From Bdellovibrionota bacterium (GTDB lineage: Bacteria; Bdellovibrionota; UBA1018; UBA923), in the NCBI GenBank assembly GCA_040754655.1, contig JBFMCE010000016.1:1-45180 (forward strand): 45,180 nucleotides of DNA. The letters run 5' to 3'. A program made the translations under genes and the position numbers. Positions 28,246 through 37,264 of this stretch are shown piece by piece. The notes under the pieces are model-generated. The model was not told where the DNA came from and did no database searches. It worked only from the letters and a program-made list of their open reading frames with translations. Positions within the stretch are counted from its first letter, which is position 1. Each line of letters opens with the position of its first letter.

Positions 28246-29157
28246 ATGAAGCAGTATAGCTGCGGCGGCAAAGTCTTTATCGTCGGAGAGTATGCTTGTC
28301 TTGAAGGCGGCCCCGCTATTCTCGGAACCGTAGCCCCGAAATTCTCGCTCACTGTCACCCACGACTTTTCGAAAACACGTTTCGACTTGCCCTTTGCAAG
28401 CGCATCACCAGCGGGACTTTATCTTTCAGCTAGGAGCCGGGTACTTGAAGGTATTCGATTAGAGTGGATCGATCCTTATCGAACACCCATCGGAGTAGGC
28501 TCATCTTCTGCGCAATTCTTGCTTAGTGTGGCGGCAGTGCACAGGCTGCAGAATCTTGAAATTCCGAAACCCCAAGAGCTGTTAAACCTGTATTGGGAAA
28601 TCGTGGGCACAAGCCAAGGGTTAAAACCCTCGGGCGTCGATGTCGTTGCGCAATGGATGGGCGGACCGGTGGTTGTGAGGAACAAACCTTTTGGCACTCA
28701 AACTTTGGCAGCATGGAAGGCCAACGCTTCCTTCTTGCTTGCCTACACCGGAAGCAAAGCCAAGACCCATGAGCATTTGATTGATCTCAAGTCGCAAGAT
28801 TTTCCGGACCGGTTCTTGGACGTTCTAGAGCAACTTAACCGCATCACCTTAAACGCGGTTGACGCCTGGGAAAGCGGCGACTCAATTGTGCTTGGATCTT
28901 CGCTCAACGATTATCAACATGCATTATTTAGTGGAGGCCTTGCACCCGCGCACTTCACGCGTCAAATCGAAGCCGTACAGAAGTGGCCCGGCGTTTTGGG
29001 ATGCAAGGGGGCTGGCGCGCAAGGTGGAGACTGCATTCTCTTGTTGGTTGAACAGACAAAAATCGTAGACGTTTCAACGCGGCTTGCCCAAGTCAATTGG
29101 GAGCCTTTCGTGGTCGATTGGACTCAAGACGGCGTGACCGAGAATGTGCTTAGCTAG
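28246..29157 (+). CDS. GHMP kinase, probable phosphomevalonate kinase
   Basis: GKVFIVGEYACLEGGPAI, GVGSSSA, SGVDV, KGAGAQGGDC. Follows HMGR; mevalonate kinase is encoded separately at 41881. Confidence 0.72.
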   Translation: MKQYSCGGKVFIVGEYACLEGGPAILGTVAPKFSLTVTHDFSKTRFDLPFASASPAGLYLSARSRVLEGIRLEWIDPYRTPIGVGSSSAQFLLSVAAVHRLQNLEIPKPQELLNLYWEIVGTSQGLKPSGVDVVAQWMGGPVVVRNKPFGTQTLAAWKANASFLLAYTGSKAKTHEHLIDLKSQDFPDRFLDVLEQLNRITLNAVDAWESGDSIVLGSSLNDYQHALFSGGLAPAHFTRQIEAVQKWPGVLGCKGAGAQGGDCILLLVEQTKIVDVSTRLAQVNWEPFVVDWTQDGVTENVLS

Positions 29158-29235
29158 ATCCGCACAGGTCGGCGCACAAGAATTCATAAATCATAATTAT
29201 TGCATTATCTGATGGCCACAGGTAGGTAGCTTCAC

Positions 29236-30063
29236 ATGAAAATAAGGCTTTTTTTCGGTGTAACTTTATTGGCGAGTATCTCTTTATTCTCGCAAAAGTC
29301 GCAAGCACGGCCACTTGACGTTGAGATTTACAGAAATGCCATCCGCGATGGCATTAGCCAAAGAATACGGTACTGCGAACTTGGGGCTATTGCGCATCCC
29401 AACGTCACTGATGGCAAAGAGCCCCAAAGCATCAAAACCCGGCACTATAAATTCGTAGCGGATTATGACGAGTTAAATTATTCCTATTTTGGCTTTTTGA
29501 ACCTTGAGGTCGATCTTTTTGAAGTAGAAATTCACGTTGTGAATGAAAACCTCATGCGCGCTTGCGCGATGGAAGCCCTCAATCAGGCTGGGCTATTCTT
29601 GTACGACCTTACCAACAACGGCTATGAAGTCAGATTGCAGTCACAGAGAAAACTTCGTTACTATGCGGCGACCGATTACAACCTGACAACACACTACCCA
29701 GCATTCGCAATACATTCTCTTCTACATATCCGGCAATTATGCGATAGGCGTCAGTATTTAATTCGTGCAGAAAAAATACTCGCCGATTCGGAGGGTTTTT
29801 CTTCGAGCACCAAGCTACAGGGACAAGAAGCTTGCGACATGTTCCAAGAACTGACGTGGTTTCACTGGCGCTCTTTTGATGAGAAAAAAGGTTTAGGTAA
29901 GCCTTATCGAGATCGAAGCTACAATGCCCATAGCCCTTATGAATTCGTCGGAACAAATGATCCTGAAAAGATCATTGAGTTGGCTCGTCGTGACTCTTTC
30001 TATAAACCACAATTTTCTCTTTCGATTGAGAAAAGAAATACTCAACCCGCGGCAAACAAATGA
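29236..30063 (+). CDS. Hypothetical secreted protein
   Basis: 275 aa ORF with a signal peptide ending SQA; no motif recognised. Confidence 0.65.
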   Translation: MKIRLFFGVTLLASISLFSQKSQARPLDVEIYRNAIRDGISQRIRYCELGAIAHPNVTDGKEPQSIKTRHYKFVADYDELNYSYFGFLNLEVDLFEVEIHVVNENLMRACAMEALNQAGLFLYDLTNNGYEVRLQSQRKLRYYAATDYNLTTHYPAFAIHSLLHIRQLCDRRQYLIRAEKILADSEGFSSSTKLQGQEACDMFQELTWFHWRSFDEKKGLGKPYRDRSYNAHSPYEFVGTNDPEKIIELARRDSFYKPQFSLSIEKRNTQPAANK

Positions 30064-30428
30064 TCTTCACACTGACCGGCGCCATAGGAATCATCATCTG
30101 GGGCATCGCACACATTGCGATCACATCTAAAGCCTTGGGTTGGTTTGGTCGGCTCTCAGAAACGAACCGCAAGATTGTCGTCATGGAATGGGTCATGGAT
30201 GGACTGGCGCTCGTATTCATCGGTCTTTTGGTGCTTCTAGTAGAGTTTCAAGCATCTGATCTTGCAACAGCAGCCTTAGTTCAACGCGCTTGCGCGACGA
30301 TGCTCATTGTGACTGCAGTCTGGACGCGCATCATGGGTGGAACCACAAGAATTCTTTCGATCGTTGTTTGCCCACTCGTCAAAACCACGGCCGCTGCATT
30401 GATTTGGTTTGGATCCAACGCTTCGTAA
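30060..30428 (+). CDS. Small hypothetical membrane protein (about 4 TM)
   Basis: Four hydrophobic segments; ATGA overlap with the upstream ORF. Confidence 0.65.
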   Translation: MIFTLTGAIGIIIWGIAHIAITSKALGWFGRLSETNRKIVVMEWVMDGLALVFIGLLVLLVEFQASDLATAALVQRACATMLIVTAVWTRIMGGTTRILSIVVCPLVKTTAAALIWFGSNAS

Positions 30429-30435
30429 TTAGCTC

Positions 30436-30975
30436 CTAGTAGTCACAGTATCCAGCGCCCAAGACAATCGCCTCGTTTTTCTCACCATCTACGACTGCTA
30501 CAAATGAAACATTTGTTCCGTCATTGCCACTGAGAGCGCCGATAAAAAGCTGAGAGCCTTCGTTTAAGAGCACCGCTTCTTCAAGCGCGATATGAAACTT
30601 GTTCACTGCACCCTTCCAACGATTTAAATCTTTCGAAGGATCGACAAAACGTTGGTTGGCGAAATAGTACATTGCTCTCGCAATGCCGTTACGCGAACGA
30701 CTCAATTGTTTTGTAGAAACCTTGACTGAGAACTCTTCCTTCAAAACTGCCTCAAGAGTTTGAGCCCAAGACTGTTCATTGTCAGAGGTATCAAGGCGTA
30801 CCGGATAGACCGTTCCGCAGTCCCCAAAAAGCTGCTCAAGGATGAAGGTATCTCCCCATTTCTTGAGCCTTTGAAGATCTGTATTTTCAAGTTCGCCCGT
30901 GCTTTTGAATTGCGCGGCGATACTAGACGTAGAAATGGCGCTGAGCAAAAAAAGCAGGACTAAAAGTCTACGCAT
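30436..30975 (-). CDS. Hypothetical secreted protein
   Basis: Start at ATG 30975 (GGGGGA upstream) gives signal peptide MRRLLVLLFLLSAISTSSIA. Confidence 0.65.
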   Translation of the reverse strand: MRRLLVLLFLLSAISTSSIAAQFKSTGELENTDLQRLKKWGDTFILEQLFGDCGTVYPVRLDTSDNEQSWAQTLEAVLKEEFSVKVSTKQLSRSRNGIARAMYYFANQRFVDPSKDLNRWKGAVNKFHIALEEAVLLNEGSQLFIGALSGNDGTNVSFVAVVDGEKNEAIVLGAGYCDY

Positions 30976-31089
30976 GATTCCCCCAAGAACATTCCCCACT
31001 GAGGGAACTAGCCCAAGCACTACTGCTTGTCAAATTGCCCACAAAAAACTCCAAAACCCTACATCTGCAAGCTTTTCGACAGGGCTTTC

Positions 31090-32343
31090 TCAAAAAGGAT
31101 AACCAAGCTCGGTATAGACATTGATGTCTGGCCCACCTTTAGCGATGTCGATTCTTCCGATCACACTGGGCGGCGAGAAAAATCTCACTCCAATCCCCGG
31201 AGCGTATCGCACGCGCTCAAACATCTCGGAAGCACTCGTGTACACCTGTCCCACGGTAATGAACGGATCAAGTCTAAAGTGAATTTTCGTGCCCTCGACC
31301 GTGAGTATGAGAGGAGTGAAGCGCTGTTCGAAATCAATGGTCCAAGCGCCATTGTCTACAAAACGGTCGAGGATATAGCCTCTCAGCAAGAATGAGCCAC
31401 CAAGGCTTTGTTGCTCATAAAAAGGAAGATTAGCGCCATAGGTGTAACCCCAGTAAGCCCTGGCAGCGCCAGAGAGTCGCGAAGTTTCTTTCCACACGAC
31501 TCTGTTTTCAAGGCGCGTGAGTCCATAGAAACTATTCCGCGCGCGGTTGCTAAAAGCCCCGCCAGCGCTTGCTTCGGCAAAATACCCTTCTTCAGAGTAT
31601 TCACGAAGAGGCCTACTGTCATATTTGAATGACGCTAACGAATAGACACTCATCGCATCGTCTAGCCCGGACACATCAGGATAAATATCAAACGGCGATT
31701 TCAGGCCAAGCACTCCGGCCTTGATTGGATCATAATAATTCACGCCTAAAGTGCCGCTCAGATTCATGCGACTGGTAAGATTATAACCCAGTCGCCCGAA
31801 AGTGCGCAGGCTCTGCAAGGTATAAGAGGTCTCATCGTTTCTCGCAGTGTCTTTTCCGATTCCAAAGAATCTGCGGAACGGGTCTTTGCGATATTGAAAT
31901 GAGAGAACATGCGTTCGGCTTTTCGCCGTCAACGGAACTGAGATCCAATCCGCGGTCGCCTCTCGAAACAATCGCGTCGCATAGGTCGCTTGAAAAAGCC
32001 GTTCTTCGAAACTATTCGGATAAGAGAAGTAGCGCCCCGTCGTAGTGACATGTGTTACCCCGTTCCAGGTCAAACTGGGGGCAAAGATCGACTTGATGCG
32101 CCCATCCGTACGATCGGTATCGAGAAACACCGGCATGAAACCGTAGGTAGGCCCTTCGTTGGGTAAAGTCGCGTATACAGGCAGCGGGACAAATTCAATT
32201 GGTTCAGCGGGGCTTTGAGGCGCCGCTTCAGGTTTTGGGGATGCACCGGCGGTTGGAATTGCAGGGTTCAGTTCTGCGCACACCGCCGCACGATCAGCGA
32301 AGAATGCGCCAAACAACATCAAAAGAAGAAAACAACAGGGCAC
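31090..32343 (-). CDS. Omp85/BamA-superfamily outer-membrane beta-barrel without POTRA domains
   Basis: GTG 32343 start (5 nt after the hpnO stop) gives a signal peptide; Pro/Ala linker; alternating beta-strands; LGGSFLLRGY (VRGF-like loop motif); C-terminal ELGYPF. Confidence 0.8.
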   Translation of the reverse strand: MPCCFLLLMLFGAFFADRAAVCAELNPAIPTAGASPKPEAAPQSPAEPIEFVPLPVYATLPNEGPTYGFMPVFLDTDRTDGRIKSIFAPSLTWNGVTHVTTTGRYFSYPNSFEERLFQATYATRLFREATADWISVPLTAKSRTHVLSFQYRKDPFRRFFGIGKDTARNDETSYTLQSLRTFGRLGYNLTSRMNLSGTLGVNYYDPIKAGVLGLKSPFDIYPDVSGLDDAMSVYSLASFKYDSRPLREYSEEGYFAEASAGGAFSNRARNSFYGLTRLENRVVWKETSRLSGAARAYWGYTYGANLPFYEQQSLGGSFLLRGYILDRFVDNGAWTIDFEQRFTPLILTVEGTKIHFRLDPFITVGQVYTSASEMFERVRYAPGIGVRFFSPPSVIGRIDIAKGGPDINVYTELGYPF

Positions 32344-32348
32344 GCTTT

Positions 32349-33746
32349 TCACGGGGATGTCGATGCGGGCATGATGGCGCGTTTTGCTAGACCCAATCCA
32401 AAATCCCACAGCCCTCCCGGGAAGCGATGGCATTCTTTCACGACATCCGTCAACGCACTCACGAAATAATCAAGCTCGCTTTCAGTGAGGATCAATGGCG
32501 GAGAAAGCTTGAGTACGTTGAGGTTATGTCCCGCGACCTGTGTGAGAATTCGATGTCTTGACAAGAGGGCTGTAGTGATCATTTGCCCGAAAAGGCCCTT
32601 ATTGGCTTTTTGGATCAACGACCAACCCATCTTCAATTTCACGCTCTTGGGATCGCCGAATTCGATGGCGAACATCATGCCCCGACCTCGGATCTCTTTC
32701 ACAAGCTCAAAACCAGAGAGAGACTCGCGTAGTTTCTTGAGTGCAAGCTCGCCCATGCGAGCAGCCTGTTCTACCAACTCTTGTTTCTCAATCTGGTCAA
32801 CCACTGCAAGCGCTGCCGCCATGGCTAGGTTATTTTCGCTGTAGGTCGACGAGTGAACAACACAACGATCAAGCCGGTTGAAAGTCGCTTCAAACACCTT
32901 CTTCGTGCAAAGAGTCGCTGAAGCCGGCACGGTGCCGTTGGTCAATGCCTTTGAGAGGCAGACGATATCAGGCTCGAGCCTCCAATGTTCAAACGCAAAA
33001 AACTTGCCCGTCCTCCCCATGCCCGTTTGGATTTCATCAAGGATGAGAAGCGTTCCGTACTTGCGGCAAAGGCTTTGGATCGCATCCCACTGCGACTGGG
33101 AGAGTTCTAAGACGCCGCCCTCACCTTGAATAGGCTCTGCAATCAGAGCTGCGACATCGCGTCGCGAGAGTTCTTCTTCAAGCCGGTTGAGATCGCCATA
33201 AGGGACAGTCGTACATCCTGGCAAAAACGGGCCAAAGTTTTCTTTCCAAGACTCATCCCCACAGACGCTAAGCGCTCCCATTGAAAGCCCATGAAAGCCC
33301 CCCTGAAACGAGAGCAAACGAGGCCTGCGCGTGGTGGCTTTCGCGAATTTAAGTGCTGCCTCTACAGCTTCGGCGCCCGAATTCCCGAAGTAAGCGTATT
33401 GAAGCCTTCCTGTTGGATCACGCTGCACAAGCTCTCTGGCAAGCTGGCCTGAGAGAGGTGGAAGATCCATCTGAACCATGCTGGGCCAGTTTTTGCTCAA
33501 AGTGTCTTTAAGAACCTCAAGGAGAAAAGGATTGTTGTGTCCGAGGCTAAAAACGCTGTATCCACCCAAGAAATCAAAGTACTCGTTTCCATCCGCATCC
33601 CAGAGTTTGCAGCCTTGGGCTTTGACGTATCGCTTGTCAAAACCAATGATCCGAAGCACCTCAGCCATCTGGTGGTTTACATGCTCGGAATGAAGCTTGG
33701 ATGCAGTGCCAAAACCGCTAAGCCACTTCTCGTCGATAAATGTCAT
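32349..33746 (-). CDS. hpnO: Class III aminotransferase, aminobacteriohopanetriol synthase
   Basis: DFLGGYSVFSLGHN, NSGAEAVEAALK, FHGLSMGALS, EPIQGEGG, DEIQTGMGRTG, SKAL, RCVVHSST; hopanoid operon context. Confidence 0.88.
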   Translation of the reverse strand: MTFIDEKWLSGFGTASKLHSEHVNHQMAEVLRIIGFDKRYVKAQGCKLWDADGNEYFDFLGGYSVFSLGHNNPFLLEVLKDTLSKNWPSMVQMDLPPLSGQLARELVQRDPTGRLQYAYFGNSGAEAVEAALKFAKATTRRPRLLSFQGGFHGLSMGALSVCGDESWKENFGPFLPGCTTVPYGDLNRLEEELSRRDVAALIAEPIQGEGGVLELSQSQWDAIQSLCRKYGTLLILDEIQTGMGRTGKFFAFEHWRLEPDIVCLSKALTNGTVPASATLCTKKVFEATFNRLDRCVVHSSTYSENNLAMAAALAVVDQIEKQELVEQAARMGELALKKLRESLSGFELVKEIRGRGMMFAIEFGDPKSVKLKMGWSLIQKANKGLFGQMITTALLSRHRILTQVAGHNLNVLKLSPPLILTESELDYFVSALTDVVKECHRFPGGLWDFGLGLAKRAIMPASTSP

Positions 33747-34465
33747 AATATCTTTTCACTTAGCACAATCGCATGTTTACGCCAACCAAGGCGCAGGGCC
33801 TCGGCCCATTTTGGGCCTTCACGCAAAAGCTTCGCCACGCCCTTCAAGTCAACACCCGCTTGCACCATACCGGTAAGAAGCCTAGGCAATTTGGCCTTCA
33901 AACTGCCTTCGGCCATCGCAGAAGCAAAGCCTGCGATGAACTGAGGAAGCGGTGCCTCGGGGGTATCAGTGACAAAACGCAAAGTCAGAAATGGGATGCC
34001 TTGGCTGGCCGAAACCTTCGAAAGCGCTGACGACTCCATATCGACAGCGAATGGAATGTCTTGAGAAGCTGTCATTTTTTGAAGCTGTTCTGTCAATTGG
34101 TGCAAAGCAAGCTCGGAAGACGAAACCATCCGACAAGGATCGCCAAGAGACGCATACTTTTCATTTTGCGAAGCTTTAGTCGTCAAAGAAAGCGTCCTTT
34201 GATCATTGAATTCAAAAACTTCATGCGCGACAACCCAAGAAGACAGACGAATCGATGGGCTCACAGCTCCGGCAAAACCTGTGGACACGATCAAGCGAGG
34301 CGCCTTTGAGGCAGAAGAGAGGTAACTTTGCAAAGCACGCTTGGCTTTAACGAGACCAACACCCGTCTCAATCAAGTGAAATTTTGAACCCAGACCTGAC
34401 TGTACGATACCTTTGCCACAAGCCTTCGCTTCAGTAGAAGTCGCCGCGCAAACTAGTATTTCCAC
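33743..34465 (-). CDS. hpnG: Nucleoside phosphorylase family, hopanoid-associated
   Basis: ETGVG, VSTGFAGAV, AVDMES, LRFVTD; lies between the shc region and hpnO. Confidence 0.8.
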   Translation of the reverse strand: MEILVCAATSTEAKACGKGIVQSGLGSKFHLIETGVGLVKAKRALQSYLSSASKAPRLIVSTGFAGAVSPSIRLSSWVVAHEVFEFNDQRTLSLTTKASQNEKYASLGDPCRMVSSSELALHQLTEQLQKMTASQDIPFAVDMESSALSKVSASQGIPFLTLRFVTDTPEAPLPQFIAGFASAMAEGSLKAKLPRLLTGMVQAGVDLKGVAKLLREGPKWAEALRLGWRKHAIVLSEKIL

Positions 34466-35247
34466 GACAACCTTCTGCGCCTAATGAAAAATCCCATCGG
34501 CACAAGCGTGATGAGAATGACAGCCGTGCTTGCCGTAGCGAGCACATAGTCTTTGATCATCACTGTGATCCCAAGATTGAAAATAAAGACGCCCGTGTAG
34601 ACCGCGAAGATTCCCCAGACGAACCGCGGATGCAACGGTCGCCATCGATCTTTGCACCAAGGCGCATGTTCAAGAAAGCGTTGAAACACCCGTTGCGTGG
34701 CAAAACCCACGAAAAACCAACCCGCAAAATTCGCGGCGGTCACGCCGAAGTAAAAACCCTTGTGCGGATAATAGTAAATCTCGCCCAAGAACCACTTCCC
34801 GCCCTGAAGGGCTACGGGATCAATCACCACATCAAGCAGTGTCATCAAAACGCCTCCCAAAACCGGCGTTAGTCGGTAACGAAGCGACGGCCAATCACCA
34901 TCGCGCTTGTTGTTGCTTTTCATCAATAGCGCCGCGGCGAGCAAGTAACTAAAATACGAAAGAAAGACAAAGGAAAGAGAATCCCACACCGGGACGTTTG
35001 AGATCCAAAGCTCGCGATCCCTCGTCGTGTCGATATAGGTATAAAAACCAAAGGGAAAGCCATTCCGAGTCGCGCTGTATTCACAAAGGAAGGCGATGAT
35101 ATAGGTGCTCACCATGAAGGTCAGCATCCTCTTCAAGCCCAAGTGGTGCTGAGCGAAAACCAGAAAACACACGAAAAACGCGTAAACATAAGGACGGTAA
35201 ACAACGCTTCCCCAAAGCAATTCGAAAAAACGGCCTACGTCTTCCAT
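34453..35247 (-). CDS. CruF-like (carotenoid hydratase/DUF422) membrane protein
   Basis: E...NGFPFGFYTY, VP, LDVVIDPVA, FYFGV...NFAGWF; multiple TM helices. Confidence 0.75.
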   Translation of the reverse strand: MEDVGRFFELLWGSVVYRPYVYAFFVCFLVFAQHHLGLKRMLTFMVSTYIIAFLCEYSATRNGFPFGFYTYIDTTRDRELWISNVPVWDSLSFVFLSYFSYLLAAALLMKSNNKRDGDWPSLRYRLTPVLGGVLMTLLDVVIDPVALQGGKWFLGEIYYYPHKGFYFGVTAANFAGWFFVGFATQRVFQRFLEHAPWCKDRWRPLHPRFVWGIFAVYTGVFIFNLGITVMIKDYVLATASTAVILITLVPMGFFIRRRRLSWKY

Positions 35248-35254
35248 GTTTTAC

Positions 35255-37264
35255 CTATGAAAGTTGCGAGCGACAAAATCTTCCCAAAGCCATCAAAGGA
35301 AAGTTGTGCCGGTACATGTGGTATCGAAGGTAGAAATGATTCGGGAAACCCGTGCCCGTGAATTCTTCCTCGGCCCACGATCCTCGAGATGAGCCTGTTT
35401 GATTCTGACGCTCGACAAGCCAACGCACGCCACGTTGGATGCTTGAATCCGTCGCCGGCAAATAAGCGAGTAGCCCAATCAAACCCCACGCCGTCTGTGA
35501 TGCCGTAGAAGCGCCCTTGCCCATCAAAGATTTGTCGGAATAAGATTCAAGGCATTCACCCCAACCACCATCGAGGTTTTGCACCTTTTTGAGCCACTCA
35601 ATCCCTTTGACGACCATAGGATCATCTTTTGAAATCGCGTGGCGCGAAAGTGCCGCAAGCACTCCTGACGTGCCATAGACATAGTTCACGCCCCACCTGC
35701 CAAACCAAGAACCCTGATCTTCTTGCGTGCAGCGCAAATAATTGAGTCCCTTTCGGCAGAACTCGGCGTACTTGGGATCATCGAGAATTCCCAAGGCTTC
35801 AAGCACCCGCGCCGTCACATCAGGGCTACTAGGATCACAGAGGGAATCCATGTCTGAGAAAGGAATCTGGTTCAAGAAAAGTTTGTCGTTATTGACGTCA
35901 AATGCAGCCCAACCTCCATCGGTGTTTTGCATGCTGACGATCCAATCTACGGCATTGCGAACAACATCCGTATTCCCAGAGCTAGGATCTTGCTTCAAAA
36001 ATCCGATCACTATTGCAGCCGTGTCATCGACATCCGGGTACCACGAGTTCTCGTACTCAAAAGACCATCCACCTGAAGGCCCTTTAGGATTATAAACCTT
36101 CCAATCGCCATAATCCGCCAAGATCTGCTTGCTCGAGATCCATTCGCGCGCGGCAAGAAGCCTCGAATCCCTGCCGTCATGGCCGGCATCCACGCATGCA
36201 GTTAGCGCAAAGATAGAGTCCCAAACAGGTGACTGACAGGCTTCAACGCGAAACCCTTCTTCATCATTGATGCCAAAACGCTCAATGGCTTCTAATCCCC
36301 GGCGCACGGGATCTGAGTCCAGTGCATGGCCATTCAAGCACAATGCAATCACGCCATTCACCATCGGCGGGAAAATACCCGCCCAATCCCCACTCTTTTC
36401 TTGGTGTTCAAGCACCCACTGCTCACACTTTTTCACAGCGTATTGCCTTAATTTTGAGAGTGGGGTTTTGGATTGAACCTTCTCATAGGCCTTCAAAAAG
36501 ACATCGGCACTCGAGAAAAAAGATTTCCAGCCTACGCCATTTTTGCGCAAGATCTCTAGCCAAGGCGACGAGTACGGGATGTTCTTGCTCTTAGGATCAA
36601 GCCAAAGGTGATCAAGCCAGTCGTTCTGAGCCGATTTCCCATTCGGCAACGCAAACAAAGGCCTGTGATGAAAAATGATGAAAAGAGGAACCATTGTTCC
36701 CCTGGCCCAACTCGAAAGAGTATAGATATTCACCGGGCTTTGAGGCGGGAACAAGATGAACTCGGGCGGAATCACCGGCACCGCTTCCCAAGGAAACAAC
36801 CCGAATGAAGCGAAATTGATTCGGGTGAAGATCCTGATCTTCTCAAGCCCTCCGTTTGCGAGGATGTAACGCTCGGCATTCTTGAGCCTCGCATCACTCA
36901 CATCAACACCTAAGATGCGCAAGGCGAGATACGTCTCTGCTGTGGTTGAAACGTCTCCGGCATGATTGAACGCGATGCCCCAGCTTCCGTCTTGTTTTTG
37001 CTTGGATGAAAGGTACTTGATGATTTGCTCTCGCTTAGGCGAAAGATCGATGCCCAGCATCTGGCACATGAAAACGTATTCAGAAGTGATCGTCGTATTC
37101 GATTCAAGTTCGGCGACCCAGTGGCCATCGCCTTTCTGGGTGCGGAAAAGATAATCTTTGGCGTTCTCAGTCGCATTCAGCGCAAGCTCTAATAGATCAC
37201 CCTGTCTCGAACCATGCGTAGTGGGATCGAGAATTCCTGAGTTCGTTTCAGTGTTGTTGTCCAT
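35255..37264 (-). CDS. shc: Squalene-hopene cyclase
   Basis: Catalytic YPDVDDTA (DXDD); QW repeats (QKGDGHW, QKQDGSW, QNTDGGW, QEDQGSW, QNLDGGW); WFGRWGVNYVYGT, STASQTAW, FTGTGFP. Confidence 0.96.
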   Translation of the reverse strand: MDNNTETNSGILDPTTHGSRQGDLLELALNATENAKDYLFRTQKGDGHWVAELESNTTITSEYVFMCQMLGIDLSPKREQIIKYLSSKQKQDGSWGIAFNHAGDVSTTAETYLALRILGVDVSDARLKNAERYILANGGLEKIRIFTRINFASFGLFPWEAVPVIPPEFILFPPQSPVNIYTLSSWARGTMVPLFIIFHHRPLFALPNGKSAQNDWLDHLWLDPKSKNIPYSSPWLEILRKNGVGWKSFFSSADVFLKAYEKVQSKTPLSKLRQYAVKKCEQWVLEHQEKSGDWAGIFPPMVNGVIALCLNGHALDSDPVRRGLEAIERFGINDEEGFRVEACQSPVWDSIFALTACVDAGHDGRDSRLLAAREWISSKQILADYGDWKVYNPKGPSGGWSFEYENSWYPDVDDTAAIVIGFLKQDPSSGNTDVVRNAVDWIVSMQNTDGGWAAFDVNNDKLFLNQIPFSDMDSLCDPSSPDVTARVLEALGILDDPKYAEFCRKGLNYLRCTQEDQGSWFGRWGVNYVYGTSGVLAALSRHAISKDDPMVVKGIEWLKKVQNLDGGWGECLESYSDKSLMGKGASTASQTAWGLIGLLAYLPATDSSIQRGVRWLVERQNQTGSSRGSWAEEEFTGTGFPNHFYLRYHMYRHNFPLMALGRFCRSQLS

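Noticed and set aside
32344..32433. Long overlap of the Omp85 ORF with hpnO
   Set aside because: GTG at 32343 removes the overlap and yields a signal peptide.
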